Shown here: one piece after another, positions 17,201 through 25,882 of the stretch
Numbering within the stretch: position 1 is the stretch's first letter
Layout of the letters: each line of letters starts with the position of its first letter
Assembly (NCBI GenBank): GCA_965215605.1
Contig: OZ244070.1
Location: forward strand, 608,001 to 672,000
Direction of reading: 5' to 3'
DNA: 64,000 nt
Source of the DNA: an uncultured Candidatus Binatia bacterium
GTDB taxonomy: Bacteria > Desulfobacterota > Binatia > UBA9968 > JAJDTQ01
Program-made: the position numbers and the translations under genes
Notes under the pieces: model-generated
Told to the model about the DNA's origin: nothing
The model's database searches: none
Seen by the model: the letters and a program-made list of their open reading frames with translations, nothing else

Positions 17201-20200
17201 TCAACCGGTGTCCGGCCATAGGTACACCAAGCCGATGGGCTCGACTCGTTGTGCCCGCACTTCGTAGAACTCGCGGATCCGGGCCGGTTCGGTCTTCAGG
17301 TCCTTGTCGAACCGGTCCAGGCGCACGCGCCACGACGCGATGTCGGCCTGAAGCTGGCGCTTCTCGGCTTCACTGAACTCCAGCGTGAGCTGGGTTCCGC
17401 GGCCCTCGTGCTTGCCGAGTTCCGTTTCCACTCGCCGGCGCTGACGTTCCAGGGTCTCCCGAAGCTGCTGTTCCTCCCTTTCGCCACGTGCGCTAAGCCT
17501 GTCCCCAGCGCTCCGGGCCACACCTTCGGCGCGGCCTTCGAGTTGCGGCAGCAGGTCTTCGATATCCTGGGCGGCAATGTCGCGCAGCCTGCGGTGAATC
17601 GTCTCGGTCGGGCCTCGGGCGCTCTGCAAGGCCGTCTCCAGGCGTTCCAGCGTTCGTGCTTCCGCCTCCTCGGCATAGGCCCTGAGCGGCCCGTTGCGGC
17701 GCGACGGCTCGACCCAGCGGGCCGCCACCGGGATCAACTCCTCGTGCAGACGCTCGGCATGGCGCCCGAAGAGACACAGCCGCCCCAGCAGAATCACCCG
17801 AGGGACGGAGTCCGCGGCCTGCACGAGACAGGCGCGGGACAGGTCATGGTAGACGAACCCCTGGGAGCGAAAGCGCGCCAGCAGCCGTTGCGCCATGCGC
17901 TGCTCCAGGTGCAGGTGCACGGTGTCGTCGGTGAGCACGCCCGCGTCCTCGAACACCACCGGACGAATCGGCGCCTGCTGCCGCCACTCCGCGAGCTTCT
18001 GGTCGGTCTTGCGCGGCGCGCGCAACGTGTCCAATGTGGCGGTCCAGCTTGCATCCGCCCGCGCCTTGCCCGCCAGCGGCGGCAGCGTCCAGACCACGCC
18101 GCCCTCGTCGGTACGTGTTTCCTTCAACGGCTCCGCGCCCAGCATCTCCAGGGAACAGGACAGAGCGTTGCGAAAGGGTTGCGCGTCGAACTGCACCCAG
18201 CGGCGGGACTGGTCCAGCAGCCCGCGGCATCGTTCGATCTGCCCCTTCAAGTCGTCCTGCCGTTCGCGGGCGGCTTCCAGTTCCTCGGCCGCTACTCGTC
18301 GCCTTTCACGGTCGAGATCGGCCGCCTCGATGTCGCGCGCGATGCGCTCCGCATCTCCGTGACGGATGCCGTCACGGAGGCGACGCTCCACCTCGTCGTC
18401 GATCACCTTGGAGAGACTGCCGAGCTGCTGCCTGATGGTGGCGGTCTTTTGGACCAGCACTTCAAGCACCCGGTCCTCGGCGCGCTGCGGCAGCACGAAG
18501 TAGTGGCAGCGCACCTTGGGGGCCGGTTGCAGCTTGCGGTCGATGCGGCCGTTGCGCTGTTCGATGCGGCCAGGGTTCCAGGGCAGGTCGAAGTGGAACA
18601 GGTCGGTGCAGTGCGCCTGGAAGTTCAGCCCCTCGCGCGCCGCGTCCGTGGCAATGAGGATGCGCAACGGATCGTGGGCCGGATCGGCGTTGAAGCCGCG
18701 TTGAATCTCCTTGCGCCTGGCGCCGGCGGTCTGGCCGTCGATGGTCTCGATGCGCCCCTCGGCACGGTCGGTGCCGGCAATGGCCTGCTCCAGCATCTCG
18801 CGCAAGTACCGTTTCGTGCCGATCACGTTCTCGGTAAAGATCAGCACCCGCCGTTCGTTCCAGCGCGGCCGGTCGGGACAGAGGTTGTCGTAGATCCAGT
18901 CGATCAAGCGGCGGGTCTTGGCGTCGGGGCGGCCGCGGGCGCCGTTCGCGACTTCGTACATACGGGTCAGGAGGGCCTGCTCCTTGTCCCGGACCGCCTT
19001 TGCTCCTTCATCCGTGGGGGTGCCTTGCTCGGCAGTCTCGTTGATGGCCGTGATCTGCGCCTCTTCCTCGGCCGCATTCTCTTCGTCGGTCTGTTCCGCG
19101 CGTTCGTCGTCCGCGTCCGGCGGTTTTGCGAACAATTTCAAAAATGGTTCGGTCGCCACGGTCTCAACCCGTGTATCCGGGACGTTCTGACCGTCTTCAG
19201 TGTCTTGCGCCCAAAGTCGCTCAACCGTCCTGCGATGCCGCGCGAGCGAGATGGCGAACGCCTCGATGGATGACAGGAGTTTCTGTTGCAGCCCCACCAC
19301 GAGCAAACCGGCCATGGCCTGGGCTCGCGGCCTGGCACCGGCCAGCCGCTGTTCCCGCAAGCCGCGATATTCGTCAAGGAGTCTCGACAGAACAAGTTCC
19401 GGTGCGTCGTCCGGCAGGCCATCGATCCGAACCGGCTCCACGTGCCGTCTGGGGAAGCCGCCCTGTACCTCGCGAATGTCTTCCTTGATGCGCCGGACCA
19501 TGACCTCGTCGAGGTCCTTCTTTCCCCGCACCGGCACCCCGCGGGTAAAACGGTACGGATCAAGCAGCTCAAGCAGCGTGGAGAAGCTGTTGGAGTGGCC
19601 GTTGTGGGGAGTGGCGGACAGGAACAGGCGGTGCTCGAAGCGGCCGCCGAGATCACGGACCGCCCGGGTGAACTTCGACTCGATGCCGTAACGCCCACCA
19701 CTCGACGGTGCGGCATGGTGGGCCTCGTCGAGGATGAGCAGGCTGCCGGGCAGAAGAGCCCCGAGCCACTCGCGCATCGGATCGGCGTAGGCCGGGTCGA
19801 TGAGCAGGTTGTGGGACACCAGGAACCGGCTGTGGGTGCGCCAGGGATTCACGCCGAAGCCGCGGTCCTGTCGCACTTGCGTGAGGTAGGCGCGGTCGAG
19901 GATCGCGAACAGCAGGCCGAAACGCTCCTCCATCTCGGCCTTCCACTGCTCCAGCACCGAGGCGGGGGCGGCGACAACAATCGTCTTGACCTTCTTGCGC
20001 AGCAGCAACTCCCGCGCGATGAGGCCGGCCTCAATGGTCTTCCCAAGGCCGGTATCGTCCGCGATGAACAGGTTGACCCGCGGCAGTCGAAGCGCCTTGC
20101 GGAGCGGCTCCATCTGGTAGGCGTCGATCTTGATGCCGGCCCGGAACGGCGACTGGAAGAGATTCGGGTCGGTGGCGGTGATGCAATTCCAGCGCAGCGT

Positions 20201-20551
20201 GTGGAGGAACGCGCTGAAGTGGCGGGGCGCGTCGAACCCCTTGGCGCCGATGGCGTTCCACGCCTCCACCTCAAGGATGCGCCGGTCGATCTCGAATTCC
20301 CAGTAGACCTCCAGGGTCTGCCCCTGGGCGTCGTCGTCCGCGCAGGCGAGGCTGACGCGACCCGATTCCGGCTCGATCGCCTCCACGAGCCAGCGCCGCG
20401 AACGCACCTCGACGAGTTCCCCGACGTCGGGCAAGCGTTCGGGCAATAGTCGGGCGGCATCTTCCAAGGGCGTTCTCTCAAGTGGTGCGGGCAAGTCTGT
20501 AGTTGCTTTATCATATCCGCTGAAGTTCCGAGAATCGGCCAAATTGGCCAA
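17201..20551 (-). CDS. drmD: DISARM DrmD SNF2-like helicase (exact start uncertain)
   Basis: GELVEVRSRRW, QSPFRAGIKIDAYQMEPL..AL.LPRVNLFIADDTGLGKT, DEAHH, LSATPHNG, ATDAAREGLN, LPWNPGRIEQRNGRIDR, C-terminal VEPIGLVYLWP. Confidence 0.93.
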   Translation of the reverse strand: MANLADSRNFSGYDKATTDLPAPLERTPLEDAARLLPERLPDVGELVEVRSRRWLVEAIEPESGRVSLACADDDAQGQTLEVYWEFEIDRRILEVEAWNAIGAKGFDAPRHFSAFLHTLRWNCITATDPNLFQSPFRAGIKIDAYQMEPLRKALRLPRVNLFIADDTGLGKTIEAGLIARELLLRKKVKTIVVAAPASVLEQWKAEMEERFGLLFAILDRAYLTQVRQDRGFGVNPWRTHSRFLVSHNLLIDPAYADPMREWLGALLPGSLLILDEAHHAAPSSGGRYGIESKFTRAVRDLGGRFEHRLFLSATPHNGHSNSFSTLLELLDPYRFTRGVPVRGKKDLDEVMVRRIKEDIREVQGGFPRRHVEPVRIDGLPDDAPELVLSRLLDEYRGLREQRLAGARPRAQAMAGLLVVGLQQKLLSSIEAFAISLARHRRTVERLWAQDTEDGQNVPDTRVETVATEPFLKLFAKPPDADDERAEQTDEENAAEEEAQITAINETAEQGTPTDEGAKAVRDKEQALLTRMYEVANGARGRPDAKTRRLIDWIYDNLCPDRPRWNERRVLIFTENVIGTKRYLREMLEQAIAGTDRAEGRIETIDGQTAGARRKEIQRGFNADPAHDPLRILIATDAAREGLNFQAHCTDLFHFDLPWNPGRIEQRNGRIDRKLQPAPKVRCHYFVLPQRAEDRVLEVLVQKTATIRQQLGSLSKVIDDEVERRLRDGIRHGDAERIARDIEAADLDRERRRVAAEELEAARERQDDLKGQIERCRGLLDQSRRWVQFDAQPFRNALSCSLEMLGAEPLKETRTDEGGVVWTLPPLAGKARADASWTATLDTLRAPRKTDQKLAEWRQQAPIRPVVFEDAGVLTDDTVHLHLEQRMAQRLLARFRSQGFVYHDLSRACLVQAADSVPRVILLGRLCLFGRHAERLHEELIPVAARWVEPSRRNGPLRAYAEEAEARTLERLETALQSARGPTETIHRRLRDIAAQDIEDLLPQLEGRAEGVARSAGDRLSARGEREEQQLRETLERQRRRVETELGKHEGRGTQLTLEFSEAEKRQLQADIASWRVRLDRFDKDLKTEPARIREFYEVRAQRVEPIGLVYLWPDTG

Positions 20552-20588
20552 TTATTATGTTGTCAAACATAATGCCATTCTACATAAT
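20542..20588. promoter_or_regulatory. AT-rich divergent control region with palindromes
   Basis: AATTGGCCAATT (20542-20553), ATTATGTT-gtca-AACATAAT (20554-20573) and an extra ACATAAT half-site (20582-20588), between drmD and the ATPase gene. Confidence 0.6.
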
Positions 20589-20594
20589 AAGGAG

Positions 20595-21980
20595 ATGCAG
20601 TTCCTCGATCGCCGCCACGAGATGAAGCGGTTGGACAATGTGCTGACACGGACTGGGGCATTCGCCGTCATCTGGGGGCGCCGCAGGATCGGCAAGTCGC
20701 GCCTGCTCATTGAATGGTCGCGGCGCCACCGGGGCCTGTACACGGTCGCGGATCAGTCCGCCCCGGCGGTGCAGCGGCGCTACCTGGCGGAAGCGGTCGC
20801 TGAACGATTCCCCGGTTTTGCGGACGTCGAGTACCCGGACTGGCGCTCGTTTCTGACGCGGCTTTCTGCCGACGCCGACCGCGCCGGCTGGCAAGGTCCG
20901 TGGGTGCTGGACGAGCTTCCCTACCTCATCGACGCGGACCCCACTCTGGCCGGGGTCTTGCAGAACTGGCTGGACCGCCCGGAGCGGCGGTTGCGCCTGG
21001 TCGTGTGCGGGTCGAGTCAGCGCATGATGCACAGCTTGATACTCGATGCTGCCGCGCCGCTCTGCGGCCGGGCTGCCGAAGCCTTTGGGGTCCGCCCCCT
21101 GCCGGCGGGGCATCTCGCCGAGGCTTTCCCCTTCGACAAGCATCACGACCTGGTAACCGTCTATGCGCTGTGGGGAGGCATACCTCGTTACTGGGAGCTT
21201 GCCGAACCTTTCGGAAACGACATCGAAGCCGCGGTGGACACTCTGGTTCTCGACGCCGCGGGCCCCCTGCATGCAGAACCTGATCGGCTGTTGCGGGAGG
21301 AGACCCCTCCAGCTACGGCGTTGCGCCCCTTGCTGGACGTCATCGGCAACGGGGCGCACCGGGTCCGCGAGATCGCGGGCCGTCTTGGCAAGCCCGCCTC
21401 CAGCCTGTCGAGACCGCTGGCATCGCTCACGGAGATGGGGCTGCTGCGCCGCGAAACGCCGTTCGGAACCGACCCGAAGTCCGGCAAACGCAGCCTCTAC
21501 CGAATCGACGACCCCTTTCTGCGCCTGTGGTTTCGGGTGGTCGCGCCCCATCGAGCGGTGCTGGCCGCCACGCCCCCGGAGACCCGGCTCGCATACTGGC
21601 GGCGGCACCGGCGCGGCCTTGAGGCTCTTGCCTGGGAGGAACTGTGCCGCCGGGCGGTGCCCCTCCTTCACCGTTCCGATACGACCCTGGGCCGGCTGGG
21701 TCCGTGGGAGCCCGCGCAACGATACTGGCGGGGCGATGCGCCGGAACTCGACATCGTCGCGCGCTCGGTTGACGGGAAACGATTGCTGGTGGGCGAGGCC
21801 AAGTCGACGACGCGCCCGGCTACGGCCTCCGCCGCCTCGCGCGTTCACGCGGGTGACCTGGCCGGCGCTGAAGGTGCCGATGTTTGTCAAGCGCTGTTCG
21901 TTCCGGAGAGCGTGGCCGCGGACGCCCGGAACGGCATCCATATCGTCGATGCGCGGACGGTCATGAGCGTGCTGAGATAG
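20595..21980 (+). CDS. Archaeal-type ATPase with wHTH and C-terminal DUF234 PD-(D/E)xK-like domain
   Basis: FLDRRHE, WGRRRIGKS, VLDELPYL, VCGSS, WGGIPRY, HTH EIAGRLGKPASSLSRPL, ELDIVA...LLVGEAK. Confidence 0.85.
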   Translation: MQFLDRRHEMKRLDNVLTRTGAFAVIWGRRRIGKSRLLIEWSRRHRGLYTVADQSAPAVQRRYLAEAVAERFPGFADVEYPDWRSFLTRLSADADRAGWQGPWVLDELPYLIDADPTLAGVLQNWLDRPERRLRLVVCGSSQRMMHSLILDAAAPLCGRAAEAFGVRPLPAGHLAEAFPFDKHHDLVTVYALWGGIPRYWELAEPFGNDIEAAVDTLVLDAAGPLHAEPDRLLREETPPATALRPLLDVIGNGAHRVREIAGRLGKPASSLSRPLASLTEMGLLRRETPFGTDPKSGKRSLYRIDDPFLRLWFRVVAPHRAVLAATPPETRLAYWRRHRRGLEALAWEELCRRAVPLLHRSDTTLGRLGPWEPAQRYWRGDAPELDIVARSVDGKRLLVGEAKSTTRPATASAASRVHAGDLAGAEGADVCQALFVPESVAADARNGIHIVDARTVMSVLR

Positions 21981-22108
21981 GCAACAAGCACGGCGTCGTC
22001 TGGCCCTCCAGGGCAAAGTGGAGTATACGGTGAAGGGACGCACCGGAGACGGACCGGACGCGGCCCGGTCGACGGAACGGCACGTCCCACACCGAGGGAG
22101 GGATTCGA

Positions 22109-22357
22109 ATGGGCTTGGCATACGATGATCTGATCGAGCCGGTGATCGTCCGGCAGGAGTCCAAGAGCCGCTTCTACTGCATGTGCGGGCGGACCCGGAA
22201 CTTCCCGTTCTGCGACGGGTCGCACAAGGTGACGTCCATCACGCCCCGGGAAATCACGGTGGACGAGCCCCGGACCATGGCCATCTGCGCGTGCTGGCGG
22301 TCGAAGACACGGCCGTATTGCGACGGCACCCACGGCAAGCTGGTGGCGCCCAAGTAG
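22109..22357 (+). CDS. CDGSH iron-sulfur domain protein (two motifs)
   Basis: CMCGRTRNFPFCDGSH and CACWRSKTRPYCDGTH. Confidence 0.92.
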   Translation: MGLAYDDLIEPVIVRQESKSRFYCMCGRTRNFPFCDGSHKVTSITPREITVDEPRTMAICACWRSKTRPYCDGTHGKLVAPK

Positions 22358-22390
22358 CCACCCTATCGGAAGCAGCAGGAGGATACGCGC

Positions 22391-22777
22391 ATGTACGAGG
22401 TAAAGAACGCTATCGAGGAGGCCAAGGCCAACCCGGATATCCGCCATCTTTCGTTGTGGCGCACGGACCTGACCTATTTCTGGACCATCAACTGCGAAGA
22501 GAACATGCAGGACGACATGCACTATCACGAGAACGACGACCATATCTTCATGGTCCTCGAAGGAGAGTGCACGGTGCGGACGCCGGAGGACGAGTTCGTC
22601 CTGAAGCCCCACGACATGATCCTGCTGGAATCGGGCAAACCCTACCAACTCTGCAATACCGGCGAAGGTCGCCTGATCCTCTTCGGGGCGGGCAACTCGC
22701 AGGTCGACGGCAAGCCGCGCACACGGGTGCCGAAGCGGCCCAGCCACATACCGGTGAGGCAACCGATCATCGCGTAG
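22391..22777 (+). CDS. Cupin domain protein
   Basis: MHYHENDDHIFMVLEGE cupin motif 1; GGAGG RBS. Confidence 0.82.
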   Translation: MYEVKNAIEEAKANPDIRHLSLWRTDLTYFWTINCEENMQDDMHYHENDDHIFMVLEGECTVRTPEDEFVLKPHDMILLESGKPYQLCNTGEGRLILFGAGNSQVDGKPRTRVPKRPSHIPVRQPIIA

Positions 22778-22826
22778 AAATCTGTTCCGCGCCCACGCGG
22801 AAGCGCAGACTTCGAAGGAGGACGAC

Positions 22827-23390
22827 ATGTTGCGACTACTGTCTTACGGCCCTTGACCTTACGCCCACAGGACAAGGCTTGTCCTGGCGGAAAAAGACAT
22901 CCCTTACGACCTGGTGGAGTGCGATCTCCGGAACAAGTCCGAGGAGCTCGTCACCCTCAACCCCTACGGCAAAGTGCCGGTGCTGGTGGACGGGGACACG
23001 GTGATCTACGAATCCGCCGTCATCAACGAGTACCTGGATGAGAAATTTCCCGAGGTGCCGCTGATGCCCAAGGACCTGGCGCAGCGGGCGCAGGTGCGGA
23101 TCTGGATTGACTTCTGCAACACCCGGCTTCAAGCCGCCGCGGGCAACATCCGGCACGACCACGAGGTCGAGAAGAACAGGAAGCGCCTGGCGGAGCACCT
23201 AGCCACGCTGGACGAGCAGATGGCCGGCAAGGACTTCATCGTCGACGACTATTCGCTGGCGGACATCACCTATGTCCCGTTCTTCACCCGGGAAGACCAC
23301 TACAAGGTGTCCATCGGTGATGAGTTCCCCAACGTGAAGCGCTGGCGCGAGGGACTGCTGGAGCGGCCGAAGGTGAAGTCGACGCCGTAG
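22827..23390 (+). CDS. Glutathione S-transferase (omega/SspA-like), probable selenoprotein (UGA=Sec at codon 10)
   Basis: GGAGG RBS and ATG at 22827: MLRLLSYGP[TGA 22854-22856]PYAHRTRLVLAEKDIPY, in frame with LNPYGKVPVL...IYESAVINEYLDE; stem-loop immediately 3' of the TGA. Confidence 0.82.
22862..22889 (+). other. Putative bacterial SECIS element
   Basis: CGCC-cac-AGGACAA-ggc-TTGTCCT-GGCG hairpin; G-initial apical loop starts 20 nt after the UGA. Confidence 0.72.
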
Positions 23391-23415
23391 AGCGCTGACA
23401 TCGGTGCTGACGTCG

Positions 23416-24336
23416 ATGAAGGGCTCCCCCACACCACCCCGCCTGGATTCCCGCTTTCGCGGGAATGACGAAGGGGTACGCGGGGTTCACGGGGCGGGGC
23501 TGGGGAATGACCCTCGTGGGGACGCCGAACTGGCGCAAAAGGTGGCCGGGCTTCAGGCGCTGCTGAGAGAGATGGGCCAGGCGGTGGTCTGTTTCTCCGG
23601 CGGCGTCGACTCCGGCTACCTGCTGGCCGAGGCCGTGAACGCCCTCGGCGACAACGCCCTGGCGCTCACCGCGGTCTCCCCGAGCCTCGCGCCCGAGGAG
23701 GGCGCCGACGCCCGGAGCCTGGCCGAGAGCATCGGCGCCAGGCATCTGCTCATCGACACCTACGAGCTGGACGACCCGCGCTACGCCGCCAACCCCGCCA
23801 ACCGCTGCTACTTCTGCAAGACCGAGCTCTACGGCAAGGCCATCGAGGAGGCCGCCTCCCTGGGCATCGCCCACGTGCTGGACGGCTTCAACGTGGACGA
23901 CCGCGGCGACCACCGTCCCGGCCGCAAGGCCGCCCGCGAGCGTCGTGTCCGCTCTCCGCTGGACGAGCTGGGCTTCACCAAGGCCGATATCCGCGAAGCG
24001 GCCCGGCGCATGGGTCTCTCGGTGTGGGACAAACCCGCCCTGGCCTGCCTTTCCAGCCGCTTCCCCTACGGCACCGCCATCACTCCGGAAAAGCTCACCC
24101 AGGTGAACCGCTGCGAGCGCGTGCTGCGGGAGCTCGGCTTCCGCATCTACCGGGTCCGCTACCATGACGAGCTGGCACGCATCGAGACGGCCCCGGACGA
24201 GTTCGAGAACCTGTTCCGGCCGGGCGTCCGCGAGGAGATTCTGCGCCGCTTCAAGGACGCCGGCTTCACCTACGTCAGCATCGACCTGCAGGGCTACCGC
24301 ACGGGTTCCCTCAACGAAAACCTGAAGAAGCAGTAA
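23416..24336 (+). CDS. larE: ATP-dependent sulfur transferase LarE family (start uncertain)
   Basis: PP-loop FSGGVDS, NPANRCYFCK, DDRGDHRPG, WDKPALACLSSRFPYG, GYRTGSLN. Confidence 0.9.
   Translation: MKGSPTPPRLDSRFRGNDEGVRGVHGAGLGNDPRGDAELAQKVAGLQALLREMGQAVVCFSGGVDSGYLLAEAVNALGDNALALTAVSPSLAPEEGADARSLAESIGARHLLIDTYELDDPRYAANPANRCYFCKTELYGKAIEEAASLGIAHVLDGFNVDDRGDHRPGRKAARERRVRSPLDELGFTKADIREAARRMGLSVWDKPALACLSSRFPYGTAITPEKLTQVNRCERVLRELGFRIYRVRYHDELARIETAPDEFENLFRPGVREEILRRFKDAGFTYVSIDLQGYRTGSLNENLKKQ
23444..23469. repeat. REP/RPE-like palindromic repeat
   Basis: TGGATTCCCGCTTTCGCGGGAATGAC (reads LDSRFRGND, or VIPAKAGIQ on the other strand). Confidence 0.8.
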
Positions 24337-24345
24337 CGCGCCGCC

Positions 24346-25155
24346 TCACCGCACCTCGAGGACGGCGGAGAGGAACTGCTGGGTGCGTTCGTTCCTGGGG
24401 TTCTCGAAGATCTCGTCGGGGGCGCCCTGCTCGGCGATCTTTCCCTCGTAGAGGAAACAGACCCGGTCGGAGATCTCCCGGGCGAAGCCCATCTGGTGGG
24501 TGACCATCAGCATGGTGAGGTTGTGCTCGCTGTTGAGCCGGCGGATGACGTTCAGTACCTCGCCGATGACCTCCGGGTCCAGGGCGGAGGTGACCTCGTC
24601 CAGCAGCATGACCTTGGGCCGCATGGCCAGCGCCCGGGCGATGGCCACCCGCTGCTGCTGCCCGCCCGAGAGACGCGAGGGATGCTGATCCTTCTTGTCC
24701 TCCAACCCTACCATCTCCAGGAGCTGCACGGCCCTCGCTTCCGCCTCGTCCTTGCGGAGGCCCAGCACCTGCACCGGCGCCTCCATGCAGTTCTCCAGCG
24801 CGGTCATGTGCGGGAACAGGTTGAAGTGCTGGAACACCATGCCGATGTTCATGCGCTGCTTGCGCAGGTGCGCCGCGTTGGCCTTCACCAGAACGCCGTC
24901 CCGTTCCATGTGCGTCAGCGGCTGGCCTTCCACGTAGATGACGCCGTCGTCGATTTCCTCCAGGGTCATGAGCACGCGCAACACGCTGGTCTTGCCCGCG
25001 CCGGAAGGCCCGATGATGCACACCATCTCGTTGGCGGCGACGTCGAGGTCCAAGGCATCCAGAACGGTGAGGGACCCATACCGTTTTGTGACCTTGCTGA
25101 AGCGGACCATGGGCCCGTTGGACCCGAGACTCGTGGGGTGGGCAGATTCAGTCAC
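24346..25155 (-). CDS. ehuA: Ectoine/hydroxyectoine ABC transporter ATP-binding protein
   Basis: GPSGAGKT, LSGGQQQRVAIARAL, LLDEVTSALDPE; GTG start with GGGAGGA RBS. Confidence 0.85.
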   Translation of the reverse strand: MTESAHPTSLGSNGPMVRFSKVTKRYGSLTVLDALDLDVAANEMVCIIGPSGAGKTSVLRVLMTLEEIDDGVIYVEGQPLTHMERDGVLVKANAAHLRKQRMNIGMVFQHFNLFPHMTALENCMEAPVQVLGLRKDEAEARAVQLLEMVGLEDKKDQHPSRLSGGQQQRVAIARALAMRPKVMLLDEVTSALDPEVIGEVLNVIRRLNSEHNLTMLMVTHQMGFAREISDRVCFLYEGKIAEQGAPDEIFENPRNERTQQFLSAVLEVR

Positions 25156-25207
25156 GGCATCCTCCCGGAACGGCGCAATCGCGTGCGTTCCCACGTTGGC
25201 CCATGGG

Positions 25208-25882
25208 TCACCGCCCCATCCCGAAGGCTCGCCGGACCCAAGCCTCGAAGAAGCGCAACCCGGCGGCCGCCGGCAACGAGATGGCCAGGAATATCACGCC
25301 CACCATCGTATAAGGCTCCAGGAAACGATAGGTCTCCGAGCCGATGGCGTTGGCGGCGTGCAAAAGCTCGGTGACGGCGATGACCGACAGCATGGGGGTG
25401 TCCTTGAAGATCCCCACCAGGTAGTTGCCCATGCCGGGCAGGGCGGCCGGCAGCGCCTGCGGGATGATGATCCGGAAGTAGGTGCGGGCCGTGCTCAGAT
25501 GGAGCGCCCGGCACGCCTCCCATTGCCCCCTGGGCACGGCCTCGAGGCCTCCCCGGTAGACTTCCGAAAGATACGCCGCGTAGTGGAGCCCGATGGCGAT
25601 CATTCCCGAGGTCCATGGCGAAAGCCGAATGCCGAACTGGGGACCTACGTAGAACACGAAGAAGATCTGCAGCACCAGAGGCGTCGAGCGGATGAACTCG
25701 ACGGACTCGCGCACCACCATGGTCAGGGGACGCCATGGAGTACGCTGCGCCAGGCAGAAGACCAGCCCCAACACCAAGGCGATGCCGTACCCGATACCCG
25801 CCGCCATCAGGGTGTTGAGCGTCGCCCACAGGAGCCGCGGCAGAATCTCGAACGTGAAGTCCCAGCGCCAATCGAACATCAC
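25208..25882 (-). CDS. ehuD: Ectoine ABC transporter permease
   Basis: DWRWDFTFEILP, EFIRSTPL, YLSEVYRGG, FKDTPMLS. Confidence 0.85.
   Translation of the reverse strand: MMFDWRWDFTFEILPRLLWATLNTLMAAGIGYGIALVLGLVFCLAQRTPWRPLTMVVRESVEFIRSTPLVLQIFFVFYVGPQFGIRLSPWTSGMIAIGLHYAAYLSEVYRGGLEAVPRGQWEACRALHLSTARTYFRIIIPQALPAALPGMGNYLVGIFKDTPMLSVIAVTELLHAANAIGSETYRFLEPYTMVGVIFLAISLPAAAGLRFFEAWVRRAFGMGR

Noticed and set aside
715-22040. Possible att-like direct repeat: AGTATACGGGTCAAGGGGATG (715-735) versus AGTATACGGTGAAGGGACG (22022-22040) flanking the island
   Set aside because: Only 9 bp are identical, both copies overlap promoter-like sequence, and there is no integrase or tRNA; could be chance.
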